Assembly: GCA_973895155.1 (NCBI GenBank)
Contig: OZ316893.1
Coordinates: forward strand, 10,669,660 to 10,733,659
DNA length: 64,000 bases
Direction of reading: 5' to 3'
From: Marsupella aquatica
Taxonomy: Eukaryota > Plantae > Marchantiophyta
The position numbers and the translations under genes are program-made. Under the pieces are notes generated by a model. It worked only from the letters and a program-made list of their open reading frames with translations, ran no database searches and had not been told where the DNA came from. Shown here one piece after another: positions 50,492 to 62,170 of the stretch; the stretch's first letter is position 1, and each line of letters starts with the position of its first letter.

Positions 50492-52460
50492 TTGGTAGTA
50501 GTCAGCAGCACAGCTTCAGACACTGATTCTGACGAGGACTCTGTGAGCAGTTCTCCTCGTCATCAAGTGATTGCACCTTTGTTGTGGGATATGGAAGAGA
50601 TGTACGGGGCTACAAAGGGCCCACGACGATACTCTGGTGCAGTTGGCACAATTGATCTGGATGATTTCATCCAGGAGTTTGATACGTGGTGCGATATGCA
50701 GACATTGCGTAACGCCACGTTGTTTTCCCCTTTGATGGCATGGAAGGGATTATTTCAGCATTTGGAGGGGCCACCCATGGATGACTACCATGAGTTTTGG
50801 AAGGCTCATTTGGTTGAGATTGAGGCATGGAGGCAGCATTGGTCATCTAATTACGTGTCCATCACCTATGGCACTAGTGCGGCTGCCCAACCCATTGCCA
50901 CAACTGCTGCTTTTTCTAGCAGCACTAGCCAGAGTGACACACCATCCACCACCAGCACTCCAACAGCATCCACCGCTACTCCTGCCGGTGTGATTATGAC
51001 AGGGACTGGAGTTGCGTCAGCATTTAATCTTGTGGTGGAATTCTTTGAGGTACTAAAGCAGAACTATCAGGGTGTGAGAACTGATAAGTTGAAGGATCTC
51101 CAAGAGTTTCAACGCAAGACTGGAGAGAGTCTACGTGAGGCATACACTCGTATGTGCAGATTGGCCTCATTCACAATTGGGTGTACCTCATAGGAACCAC
51201 TTTCAGGACTCAAAAACATGTTTTTTTTAGTGAAAAATGACTTTCGTAACATGGAAAAAGCTTCATCATGATTTTATCTCAAGACATTTAAGTCTAATTT
51301 TTTCACAAGACTATTTTACATGGTGTAATCTACCTCACCATGTAGATAAATCAAGTTTTTAACTTTTTTAAGGGATCCTATTATTGATGGCCCTAAATAA
51401 GCCAAAATTTCTGATTATTTTTGTCCTATACATAAAGGTTTAGTGTGTGTCAATATTTAAGTTTTAAAATATAAGATTATTATATTAGTATGCATGCCTT
51501 GGTAAAATTTCATTGTCTAAAATGCAAGTTTTAGAGTCCTTTCGAGTCCTGAAATGATGTGACTCGTTGCATGACAAGTCATTTTATCGATCTTTGATGG
51601 ACATATAAGGAAAGCTTCAAAGTCTCAAATGCTAGATAGTTTAATTAATGTTACCAACCTACAGGATGTTTATTAAGTATAGTACATCAAATTTTGCATA
51701 TCATCTCATTACACCTTACAAATGATGTCCTAAAGCATAATAAACTATGGTCACTTCTGAGTGTGATGTTCCTTTTGGGTCCTCCAATTGTGAATGAGGC
51801 TGATTGATCACTGTCACCAAGGGAGTGATAGAGGCTCAGGCAGTCCAGGTTTGGTACGCAATCCTGGATAGAGAATTGCAACGCAGAGTGAGAGATGTCA
51901 CCCTGCTTAGGGATGTAGATCCCACATTAGCAGTTGTTTTTACACTTTCTGAGCGCATTGAGCTCAATATGGTGAATGAGAAGGTGGTGACTTTCGGATT
52001 TGCCAAGGAAGCACCAAAGGCTGCATCTACACCCACACCACAGCCTACTGCACAGAAGAGCCAGAGGGAGAAGCCTACTGCACGAGAGTCTACCAGCCAG
52101 AGACCTGTGCCCTCTTATGCTGGACATCATTCAGGATGTTGGACCTGTGGTGGGGATCATGCACAGAGATATTGCCCAGATCATAGAGGATCAGGGGGAG
52201 CATTAGCGCCTGATTAGCGATAGTGTGATCATTGTGGAGCTCCTGGCCACACCAAAGATAGGTGTTTCTCACTCCACCCTGAGTTACGGAGGGAAGGATC
52301 CCGTACTCATGATCAAGGAAGAGGAGGAGGAGGTAGAGGTGGTGGACGTGGTCGTGGCATGCCACATGCAGGGATACAGGGAGGTGACGCTGCCCCTACT
52401 GTAACCATAGATCCAAAGGATGCTAAGATTGCTCAATTGGAGCAACAACTCTCGCAATAG
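50492..52460 (+). pseudogene. Gypsy gag, split by a MITE, with two Cys/His knuckles
   Basis: LQEFQRKTGESLREAYTRM; CWTCGGDHAQRYC (~52138) and CDHCGAPGHTKDRC (52224-52265); RGG-rich tail. Confidence 0.8.
51163..51801. mobile_element. 639-bp AT-rich MITE inside gag
   Basis: TIR gcctcattcacaattgg / ccaattgtgaatgaggc; GATT duplicated (51159-51162, 51802-51805); removal restores ...TRMCRLITVTKG in frame. Confidence 0.9.
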
Positions 52461-53189
52461 CTAGCTACCATGGCTAGTTCCCAGGTGAGACCTACTTCTG
52501 GTGATGGGGCATCTACATCCTATGGACCTTCCACATCCCATGGTCCTTCCACATCTTATGGAGCTGATGGAGATCTTGCCACCATGGGATTCATGTGTGG
52601 CACTGCACATATTGATGCATCAACAGCTTTGACACGTGGGGCAGCCAAAGCTCTTGAGCCCCGAGGAGCAATAGTGGAGTTAGATCCACAGAGGGGGGAT
52701 GCACGTCGACAGACAAAGCTTCCTCAGTCTTTTACATTGGCAGAGACAGTTCAGACTACCTCTATGAACCCGGTTCGGACAAACCCTGGCGTGGGTAAGT
52801 TGGCAGAATCAGGGAGTGATGCAGCAGGGATGATAGGTACCTTGATGGGGGCGGCTACTGCCATGGTACGCGCCCCATTATTTTCAGCGACAGACATGCT
52901 GAACTTGGGAGTTGGTCCTGCAAAAGTGTTCAGATTGGCAGCTACACTCTGTGAGGACACTCCAGTGGTTGCTTCCCATGCAGAAGCAACTTGTAGTGTT
53001 GAAGTAGTGAAGACCATGCCACCTACTGCTACTAGTGAGATATGGCATGCAGCAGCAGCGAGGTTGGTGGATTTACCAGCACGCCCTGCATTTGAGAGGA
53101 CTAGGTTTAAACCTAGTGTTGTATCATTGGATAATCGGAGTGGTATCTTCCAATTAGTTGGGCCTTCTGGAGTAGTATACCAGCCAGAG

Positions 53190-53520
53190 AGGGTGTTACT
53201 GGATACTAGTGCTTAGCCCTTGATGTTGGGAAAGTCTGCCATACGTGGATTGGGATTGCATCTAGAGGATTTGGAGGATTGTCCCTTTCCCATTCAGACT
53301 TCATTGGGGGGACCTACACCTACACAACACATTACCAGGAGACCTCTTGATTTGAGGATTCAGGAAGGTCATACCACAGATAGCTCACAGATACAGGCAC
53401 GAGCTATTTTGACTAAGGCAGAGTCATATGATGTGTTGGTGGGATGTACAGTGCTCTACCCCATGGGATTTATTCTTGATTTTTGGGAAGAATCAGTGTT
53501 ATATAGACCTGATTGGCAGT
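53190..53520 (+). pseudogene. Retropepsin-like aspartic protease
   Basis: RVLLDTSA*PLMLG ... YDVLVG. Confidence 0.8.
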
Positions 53521-53899
53521 CAGGAGATGCTAGATTGAGAAAATTGCCAGTGAGATTTAGTGGACCCATGGGAGGCCCTAAATCCACACCATTGTCTTTG
53601 GCAGCATTCAGTGGTCTAATTGCTGGACCTGATGATTTGATTGAGGGTAATGCGCATGCAGCAAATGTTCCACCATTGGAGGAGTCTCATGAGGAGCACA
53701 TCATGCGAGGATTATCTGTTGGCAGTGTTGTGCCCCCAGTGTGGGGCAATGCACAAGCCTACAGGCAGCAGCACAATTGGTACATGATGCATGGCGTCAT
53801 GCTTTTACACCACAGTCAGGAGCAGAACAGTCTCTTGCAAATGGACCTGTGACTCTTTCACCATTGGATACCACTCCTATTGCTTGGTAGTATCCACTA

Positions 53900-54845
53900 G
53901 AGGATATTTGTTTGTTGGATCTTTTTGGTGGGATTAGCACTGGATTGGCTATTGTTCTTCAGGCAGGAATTCTTGTGCGTCGTTATTTATATGTGGAGAC
54001 AGATGAGACAACACGGAGGGTCTCATTGCGACATGTGGCTATGTTGGTGGATAGATATCCATAGTTGCTGCCAGTGGATGTTGTTCGTGGTTATCAACTA
54101 TGCACTACCTGCTGATATTTCATTGTTGGGGGCGGATCATCTGCATCGTGTTGGCCCCATTGATTTGGTGATTACTGGTTGGCCATGTCAGGGCTAATCT
54201 AGAGCTGGCATTGGGCATGGACTTCATGATCCACGCTCTGCATTGTTTTGGGAGATGTTACGGGTGTTGCGTCATCTCCAGCTACATGAGACACAGTCTC
54301 CAGCATACATTTTGGAGAATGTGCCATTGTTAGGTGATGATTGTAGTTGGATTGTTGCCAATGTTCACCAGGTGAGGTCTTGGATTGGACCTGCTGTGTT
54401 ATTGGATATTGCACATGTGGATTCTCGTGCACATTGTCCACGCTTGTGGTGGACTAATTTGATCCCATGTGAGGTGCTGAAGCGCGCATTTGACAACATT
54501 CCACGCTCACCCGCCTTAGTGGTGGATGCTATTTTGGATCCAAGGCGTCGTGCACAGGGTGTGACCCAATCTGATAGACCTCCATTGGCAATGGTCAATG
54601 CAGTTGGGCGCCCATGTTGTGCATTACCCACTCTTGTAAGCCACTCTACTTCATATGCATTCAGAGCAGGTGGCCCTGGACTTGTGTGGGACACAGCTCT
54701 CCAGCAGTTAGTGGAACCTACTGCTGATGAGAGAGAGCGTGCTATGGGATTTTTGACTGGCACCACTGCAGTTGCCTCTGTGTTAGAGGGTTTGCGGCGC
54801 CAGGTTCTTGGTTAAGCAATGGATCTGAATTGTTTGACTTGGATT
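53900..54845 (+). pseudogene. C5 cytosine DNA methyltransferase domain within the gypsy pol
   Basis: Motif I LLDLFGGISTG (53912-53944), II YVETD, IV DLVITGWPCQG (Cys 54186-54188), V DPRSALF, VI ILENV (54315-54323), VIII AHCPRLWWTN, IX ERERAMGF, X RRQVLG*AM; stops and one frameshift. Confidence 0.92.
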
Positions 54846-55197
54846 ATCAGCTTGGGAGTAGCTGAATAGTTGCGGATGCGCTCTGCTGAAATTACTGATT
54901 GTCCCTTGGTGAGCTTGCGGTCCACTGAGACAATACTGACCACAGTTGGGGGCGAGCAGATAATCCATGGACCTATGGCAGGATTGGCCAAGGCTGGACA
55001 CATTGTTGATCAGGAAGGGACTACTCAATCTACTGCTAAATAGCAATCATCGGCTATCTCTTCTACCCTATAAAGAGATATTAGAGATTTGGTGGAGAGT
55101 TGGGAACCACAGCTTGGCCCTAAGTTGACAGGGGAGGAGAGACGTCGCATGCATCGATTCTTGAAGAGTTACTGGAATTGTTTAATTTGCATTTAGC

Positions 55198-56330
55198 ATG
55201 AAGGATTTGGGGACATTAAAGGGTCCTGGTATTCAGATTGAATTGGCTAGTGATGCGCCAATCTTTCGTAGGCCATACCGTTACAGTGACATGGAAAGAG
55301 CTCTGATTCAAAGCAGAACTCAAGATTTGTTGGAGGCTGGATTGGTGGAGATTTCATATGGGGAGTATGCATTTGCCACAGTGATGCTAGCCAAGAAGGA
55401 TGTGCATGGCAATTACACAGATAGGCGCATGTGTGGTGATTACAGACTCATTAATCGCCAGACAAAATCTGATAGATATGCCATGCCCACACTTGAGGAG
55501 ATCTTTGATGTTGTGGGGCATGCAAAGGTTTTCAGTTCATTGGATCTGAGGGCAGGGTACCATCAGCTTCCAATTAGGCATGCTGACAGGTCCAAGACAA
55601 CATTCTGGGGGATTGATTCTTATGGCAAAGATCATTTGTATCAGTGGTTATTCTTACCATGTGGGTTGAAGAATGCACCAGCTGAGTTCTTGAGAGTCAT
55701 GGATCGAATCCTTGGAGGTTTGGATTTTGTTAGATGTTATATTGATGATATTTTGGTCTATTCTTCTACTGTGGAAGAACATCAGCAGCACTTGCAGATT
55801 GTGTTGGAGAGATTGAGAGCACATGGGTTGAAGCTCCATCCTAGCAAGTGTAACTTCTTCCAAGACCAAATTGAGTATTTGGGCCACACTATATACCCAG
55901 GGGGATTGGGTGTACAACAGACTAAAGTGGAGGCCATTACACAGATTCCTTGTCCTACTGATGTGAGTAGAGTTCGTGCATTCTTGGGATTGGCGAGCTA
56001 CTACAGGAGGTATGTTAAAGGATTTAGCCAACTTGCTAAACCTTTGACCATACTCACTAAGTTGGATCTGGAATGGATTTGGGGTGATGACCAGGAGCAT
56101 GCCTTTTAGGAGTTGAAGCAAAGGTTGGCATCATCCCCTATTTTGAGAAGACCCATTTTAGGCAGGCCATTTCAGCTACACACTGATTGGAGTGGAGTAG
56201 GACTTGGAGCAGTGCTGACTCAGAAGGATGATGAGGGGAATGAGTTTGTTGTGGCTTATACCAGTAGATCAAACAATTCAGTAGAGGCTAAGTAAACTTG
56301 GATGCAGATGGATTAAGCCACAATCCATGT
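55198..56330 (+). pseudogene. Gypsy reverse transcriptase and RNase H (RNase H internally deleted near 56290)
   Basis: RMCGDYR, LDLRAGYHQL, PCGLKNAP, YIDD, FLGLASYYRR, LHTDWSGVGLGAVL; sequence jumps from NNSVEAK to DADGLS. Confidence 0.95.
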
Positions 56331-56651
56331 ATCAGTCAGCAGGATGAGACTGGAGCCAGATGGCATGATGAGTCAGATAAGGAGATGGTGCCAGGATGAC
56401 ATGCATCTGCCTTTCTTTGTTGGGTGCCAGCATATAGTGGATCTGTGGACTCTATCTCATTGGATGGAGTGGATGATGAGTCTTTAGATGTGGATGTTGG
56501 TGAGGTAACTTCTGAACAGCAAGATATTCACAATGATGTGAGAGTGTTGGAATATCTGCGCAGTGGTTCTATTGTTGGCAGTGTTGATGCCAAAGAACGT
56601 AACAGGGTTCTACAGAGAGCCAAGAGATTTTGATGGGAGGGAAACCATCTT

Positions 56652-57780
56652 TTGAGAGTACTGCATGATGGTAGGGTGTTGGTGGTACCAAAACCATCAC
56701 AACGAATACATTTGGTGCGACATGCACACGAGGAGTTGGGTCACTTTGGTGTGAAGCGCACTTACAGCTTGCTGCAGACACAGTATTGGTGGTGTGGTAT
56801 GCACACTCATGTCCAGCAGTTGATAGCTAAGTGTGTGGTATGTGATAGAGTGAGAGCATCATTTAATGCTCCCAATCCCCAGTTGCACCCGTTGCCGATC
56901 ATGGATTTGAGATATCGTTGGAGTTTGGATTTTGCTGGTCCATTACCTCTTACCCAACGTCATAATCGGTATGTTTTGGTCATGGTGGAGCACTTCTCCA
57001 AGTGGATTGAGCTAGTGGTGTTGCCAGATAAAGCTAGTGGAGGAGCTGCTACATTTTTGGATCGTGTACTCAGTCATTTTGGAGCACCAGCTGAGGTGTT
57101 GACTGATCAGGGAACTGAGTTCCGTGGAGAGTTTGAGAGTTTGTGTGAACAAGCTCTGATTGATCATCGTACTACCTCTCGTGATCATCCTGAGGCAGAT
57201 GGATTAGCTGAGAGAGTTATGTAAATTGTGAAGAGAGGATTGCGTAAGTATGGCTTGCAGGTTGGTCATCTGGGAGATTGGGATCTCCAGCTACCTTGGT
57301 TAGCTATGGGCTACCGTTTCAGTCGGCAAGCATCACTTGCATCCTTCTCACCTTACTTTTTGCTCTATGGTAGAGACCCAGATTTTCCAACAGCTGTTCG
57401 TCGTGATGCTGCACCAGTTGTGAACTTGGATGATCCTGATGTTTGGGTCAAGGTGTGTTCTGAGAGAGCACGGGTATTTCAGAGAGTGATGCCCATGGCT
57501 TTTGACAACCTTGCCATTGCCCAACATCGTGATACTTTGAGGTATGCCACTATTCGTGGAGGAGGTTACCGTGCAAGCATTTGACGATTTCATCCTTGTG
57601 ATTATGTTTATTTGCAGTAGACAGCACCCACAACACTTGATGTGACCGCAGGCCAGACAATCTTACGTGTGCGTGAAGTGTTGCCTTCTGGTGTCCTGAT
57701 GTTGGAGAGACGCGATGGTATGGTTTGGAAGGATCATGTGCGTAACTGTGCACCATGTCACCTTCCCAACATTGATGGTA
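56652..57780 (+). pseudogene. DDE integrase (HHCC zinc finger plus rve core)
   Basis: HEELGH...CVVC; WSLDF, LTDQG, GLAERV; SPYFLLYGR. Confidence 0.95.
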
Positions 57781-57821
57781 CAGTAGATCCAAGCTTGGCA
57801 CATGTTCGTGCTAGCTTGAAA

Positions 57822-57962
57822 TGTATGTTATGTGGATCTGCTCAGGGAGCAGCTAATATGTTGATTTGTGATAAGTGTTCTAGAGGATGGCACATGTCAT
57901 GTTTGACACCACCATTGCAGGTGATTCCTAGTGGATCATGGTTGTGTCCTCAGTGTTGGTGA
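57822..57962 (+). pseudogene. PHD finger at the integrase C-terminus
   Basis: CMLC...MLICDKCSRGWHMSCLTPPLQVIPSGSWLCPQC, a C4HC3 pattern. Confidence 0.93.
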
Positions 57963-58126
57963 AGCCGACTAGTTATCATTTGTGTTCTCTTGGCAGATAT
58001 GGATTGCAGGTAGGTGATCGATGAGGCTCACTTGCACCCGGCCTCCTGATCTTCACACCTAAAAAGGTGTATATCAACCTTGTAGAACTCATGGCTAGCT
58101 AGAGTTAGGGGACCTTACTCCCAGCT

Positions 58127-58136
58127 AGGGGGGCGA
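58127..58136 (+). promoter_or_regulatory. Polypurine tract of the gypsy element
   Basis: aggggggcga one base before the TG of repeat B1. Confidence 0.75.
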
Positions 58137-58137
58137 T

Positions 58138-58742
58138 TGTGGGTTTTTGGACATGTGTGGACATGAGTTCCACTTGTATTCCATTCTCTTGTGTTTGTGA
58201 TGTGGCAGTGTGACTATGTTTGGACGCATGTGACAAGCGATGTATGTTGTGTAGCGATGTGTATGCGCACGACAGCTGTCACACCATTCTAGGTAGTGTT
58301 AGAGTGTATCGTACTATCTAGATCCGTATGTTTGGTATGTGTGCTATATGAGCCGATAAGGTTCCGTCAAGTTTATGTGAGAGGGTACTTCTCACTTGTG
58401 AGGCATTGAAAGGTCATCTTTCAATGTTGAGCCTTGGAGAGAGAGGAGCTTGAGTGGCTAGGGTGGCCGTGAGCTCCGCTTGTGTAACGTGGATTCCTTG
58501 AGTAGTGCAAGGTGCGTTGGCTTGACATACGTGTGTGATCGGATCGGTGCGAGATCGATGGGGTATTATTGACCGCGATCGTTGTGCCGATTGTATGGAG
58601 ATTATTGTGGGTTTTTGGACATGTGTGAACATGAGTTCCACTTGTATTCCATTCTCTTGTGTTTGTGATGTGGCAGTGTGACTATGTTTGGATGTATGTG
58701 ACAAGCAATGTATGTTGTGTAGCGATGTGTATGCGCACGACA
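58138..58742 (+). repeat. Right terminal block: B1 (58138-58274), gc, A2 (58277-58605), B2 (58606-58742)
   Basis: B1 and B2 are 137 bp with 4 mismatches; A2 matches A1; the B1/A2 junction is the palindrome gacagctgtc. Confidence 0.95.
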
Positions 58743-61700
58743 TTACCAAGATCCTTCATCCTGAATTCAACACTCAATTTTGCCTTGAGACTGTGAACCT
58801 CAGATTAATCTTTAGCCACTATTAGCATGTCATCCACACAGATAACCAGAATGATGAAACCAAACACATCATTCTTGACTGATTTTGTATACACACAATG
58901 ATCATACACCATCCTTGGAAAACCTTGAGCAAGCATGAAATCATCAAACCGCTTGTTTCATTGTCTAGGAGATTGCTTCAATCCATACAAGGACTTGAGC
59001 AATCTGCAAACTAAGTTCTCTTGGCCCTTCTTCATAAAGCCTAGTGGCTGTCTCATGAAGATCATCTCTTCCAAGTTGCCATAGAGAAAAAACAGTAACA
59101 ACCTCCATCTGATCCATCACCAAACCAAAAAACACAACAAGCTGACATAAGATCCAAATTGTGGAATACTTAGCCACCGGTGAAAAGACCTCATTGTAGT
59201 CCACTCCTTTCTTCTGAGTGAACCCCTTGACAACAAGCCTTGCCTTGCCTTGTAGATCTTATCTCCACCCTCTGAAGGACTGTCTTTCAACTTGTAAATC
59301 CACTTGCTGTCCACCACTTGTTGACGTCTTGGAAGCTCCACCAGCTCCCAAGTCTTGTTGTCACTCAAAGATTGTAACTTCCTCTGCATTGCTGCATTCC
59401 ACTCATGCTTCTGCTCTAAAGCACAAGCCTCACTGTACAAAAAAGGCTCTCCTTCTTCCAAGATCAAAGCCATATCATCTTCATCAGGTGCAATGTCAAT
59501 ATCATCTAGCTTAGATGAGTCTGCCCATTGACCATACCTGGTAGGAGCTCTAGTAGAATGACTGGAAGTTCTTCTAGAAGATGACTCAGGTTGATCTGCT
59601 GCTGCTGCTGCTGCTGGTTGAATTTGAGGTACCCCAGCAATAATCTGCTCCTCTTGTTCCATCATAGGAACCAACTCCAAGCCCGGAGCTTCTCCATCTC
59701 TCTTGTCATGAACAACATCATGACTAATCTCTCTCTCAACCCGGTCCAGGATGGGAGATTTCCCCTTGTCAGTATGGGAGTCTTGAGAACTCTCCCCCTC
59801 CTTTGATGATCAGGATTCATTAAAGGACATATCTCTACTGACAACTAGTTTACAGGTTACTAGATCCCATAACCTATAACCCTTCACACCTTTCTGATAG
59901 CCCAGGAAAATGCACTTCTTCGACTTGGACTTCAGCTTGGATTGAAGCTGGGAACTAAGGTGTAAGCACATAAGCATCACATCCAAAAATCCTTAGATGT
60001 GAGTAATCTGCTGGACGCCCGTACCTCATTTGAAATGGCGTCTTGAATCCAATAGAACTAGATGGAGAAAAATTTACCAAATAAGCTACAGTGTTGACAG
60101 CTTCAGCCTAAAACTCATGTGGTAAGCATGATTGACTCAACATACTCCTCGAGCGGTCCAATAGTGTTCGGTTGAGTCTCTCAGAAACACCATTCTGCTG
60201 AGGAGTATAACTTGTTGTGAGATGGCGGGTAATCCCCTGCTCCTTACAATACGTTCCAAATTCCATGGAATTGTATTCACCGCCGTTATCCGATCGAAGA
60301 TATCTCACCTTATTACCAGTCTGATTCTCTACTTGGGCTTTCCACTCCTTAAAAGTGGCAAAAACATCAGACTTATTGTGTAGAAAGTATATCCACACAT
60401 ACCTTGAGTAATCGTCTATGAACGTGACATAGTATAATCGTCCAGAATGTGAGGGAGTAGGGGCTAGACCCCACACATCACTATGTACATACTCAAGTAC
60501 CTCCTTGCTGGTGTGAGCTCCAACTCCGAAGGGTTTCCTGTGCTGCTTCCCAAGCACACAGTGCTCACAAAATTCCAACTTACAAGATTGCAAATTAGAA
60601 AGCAATCCTTTCTTCTGAAGAATAACCAAACCTTTTTTACTCATGTGGCCCAAACGGAAGTGCCACAGCCGGGTCGTCTTCTCATGAGATAAGGTTATAT
60701 TGGCTTCATCACAAACAACACTGCCCTCCAAAACGTATAGATTGCTATGTCTTTTTCCCTTCAATACAACTTTAGTACCAGTTGAAACCTGAAGGACACC
60801 ATTAGCAGAACTCCACTGATGGCCATTTGCTTCTAAAACTCCAAGTGAAATGAGATTTTTCATCATGCTGGAATGTGTCTCACATTCCTCAACGTTCTTA
60901 CAACACCATCAAACATCTGAAATCTTACAGATCCAAGTCCAACAACTTGACATGGGATTCCATTTCTCATCAACACTGACCCGTTGGAAACTGTGTAAGA
61001 ACTGAAAAAATCTCTCATAGAGCAAATGTGAAAAGTACATGCACTATCTAGAATCCAGTCATCACTACCTGGATTTGACACTACGTTGAGAGCATAACCT
61101 TGACATCACAATATGTCATCATCATTGAGTAAATCTACGTCATGCAAGCTCGATGCCGCGTTAGCAGATGCAGTAGGGACCTTTACTCGACAATCCCTTT
61201 TCATGTGGCCAGGCTTGCCACAATTCCAACATGCAAGAGGCTTCCTCTCTTGCAATTTCCATCTGGATTTAGATCTTCCACGTGATGTAGATCTAAACCT
61301 GTTCTGCCCATTCGTGCGCTGCGCTGCTCTGCCACGGTTCATGTTCAGCGTAGTGCCAGAAGAAGATGCTGTCTGTGATTGACCTAGCTTCTTCTGAGCA
61401 TCATCAGACAGTAAAGAGCTCACCACCTCATTATACGAAATGGATTTCAGATCTCTGTACAAGAGCACCTATTTCAAGCCCTGATATGACGGCGGTAAGG
61501 AGCTTAGCAAAAGCAAGGCCTTATCCTCATCTTCAACTCCTTTTCCTAGGTTTGACAGATCCACCGCTAGACTGTCAAACTCATCCAGGTGATCTGGCAT
61601 CTTGCTCCCTTCCTTGAGCCTGAGACTCATCAAGAGAGACTTCTTGTACAGCCGGTCTGACGCATCCTCCCGGTAGTACTTCTCTCTAAGAGCCTTGAAC

Positions 61701-62170
61701 AATGACGCACAATTCGCATAATCATCCAGCTACTTGATGATGTGCGGCTTGAGATATAGCATCACTGCATTGACAACAATCACCTGCTCCTGTCTCCACT
61801 GTCTCATAGAAATCTCCTCTTCTCCATCATACTGCTCTCGTGAAGAGAGTAGATGAGCTAAGCCCATGGCCCGAAGGACACCCTTCACTTGCTTCTCTCA
61901 CAGCAAGTAGTCAATACGCCCATCGTACTTCTCCACGTCAAACTTCACTCCTCCAAATCTAGCCATCTCCCTCTTCTTCCCAACTACCGATAGCTCTGGT
62001 AGTAGTACAGCTTCCTCCACTGCACGCCGCACCAGTGATCGTATCGGTGTTACAAGTTCCTCCTCAAACGGTAGCAGCTCCTCCTCAGACTCTCCGTCTG
62101 ATTGTCGCAATCCTGAAGCTCCACCGACGCCAATTCTTCCAGTATCCTCCGAGTCACTCATATGAAACAA
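58743..62170 (-). pseudogene. Copia gag-protease-integrase and RT N-terminus
   Basis: [99 protein letters not shown]. Confidence 0.95.

Larger units (their letters stand above)
38347..58742 (+). mobile_element. Ty3/gypsy-type retrotransposon with DNMT and PHD domains and permuted (split) terminal repeats
   Basis: TG...CA ends; flanks ttat/ttac form a 4-bp TSD with one C>T change; removal restores copia RT MKDLGKAKRILGM; domain order gag-PR-DNMT-RT-RH-IN-PHD. Confidence 0.92.

Noticed and set aside
53900-54845. Host DNMT gene or bacterial contamination
   Set aside because: It is intronless, colinear with pol, shows the same decay pattern as the flanking PR and RT, and is embedded in nested plant TEs.
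38347-58742. DIRS/Ngaro tyrosine-recombinase element, because of the split repeats and MTase
   Set aside because: No YR motifs were seen. A protease, an HHCC-DDE integrase, TG..CA ends and a TSD are present, and the MTase is C5-type rather than the DAM-like domain of DIRS.
58606-58742. B2 as an independent solo LTR flanked by ttat/ttac
   Set aside because: That reading leaves A1...A2 without a right-hand TSD and does not explain B1 after the PPT. The whole-element reading restores the copia RT exactly. Not fully excluded.
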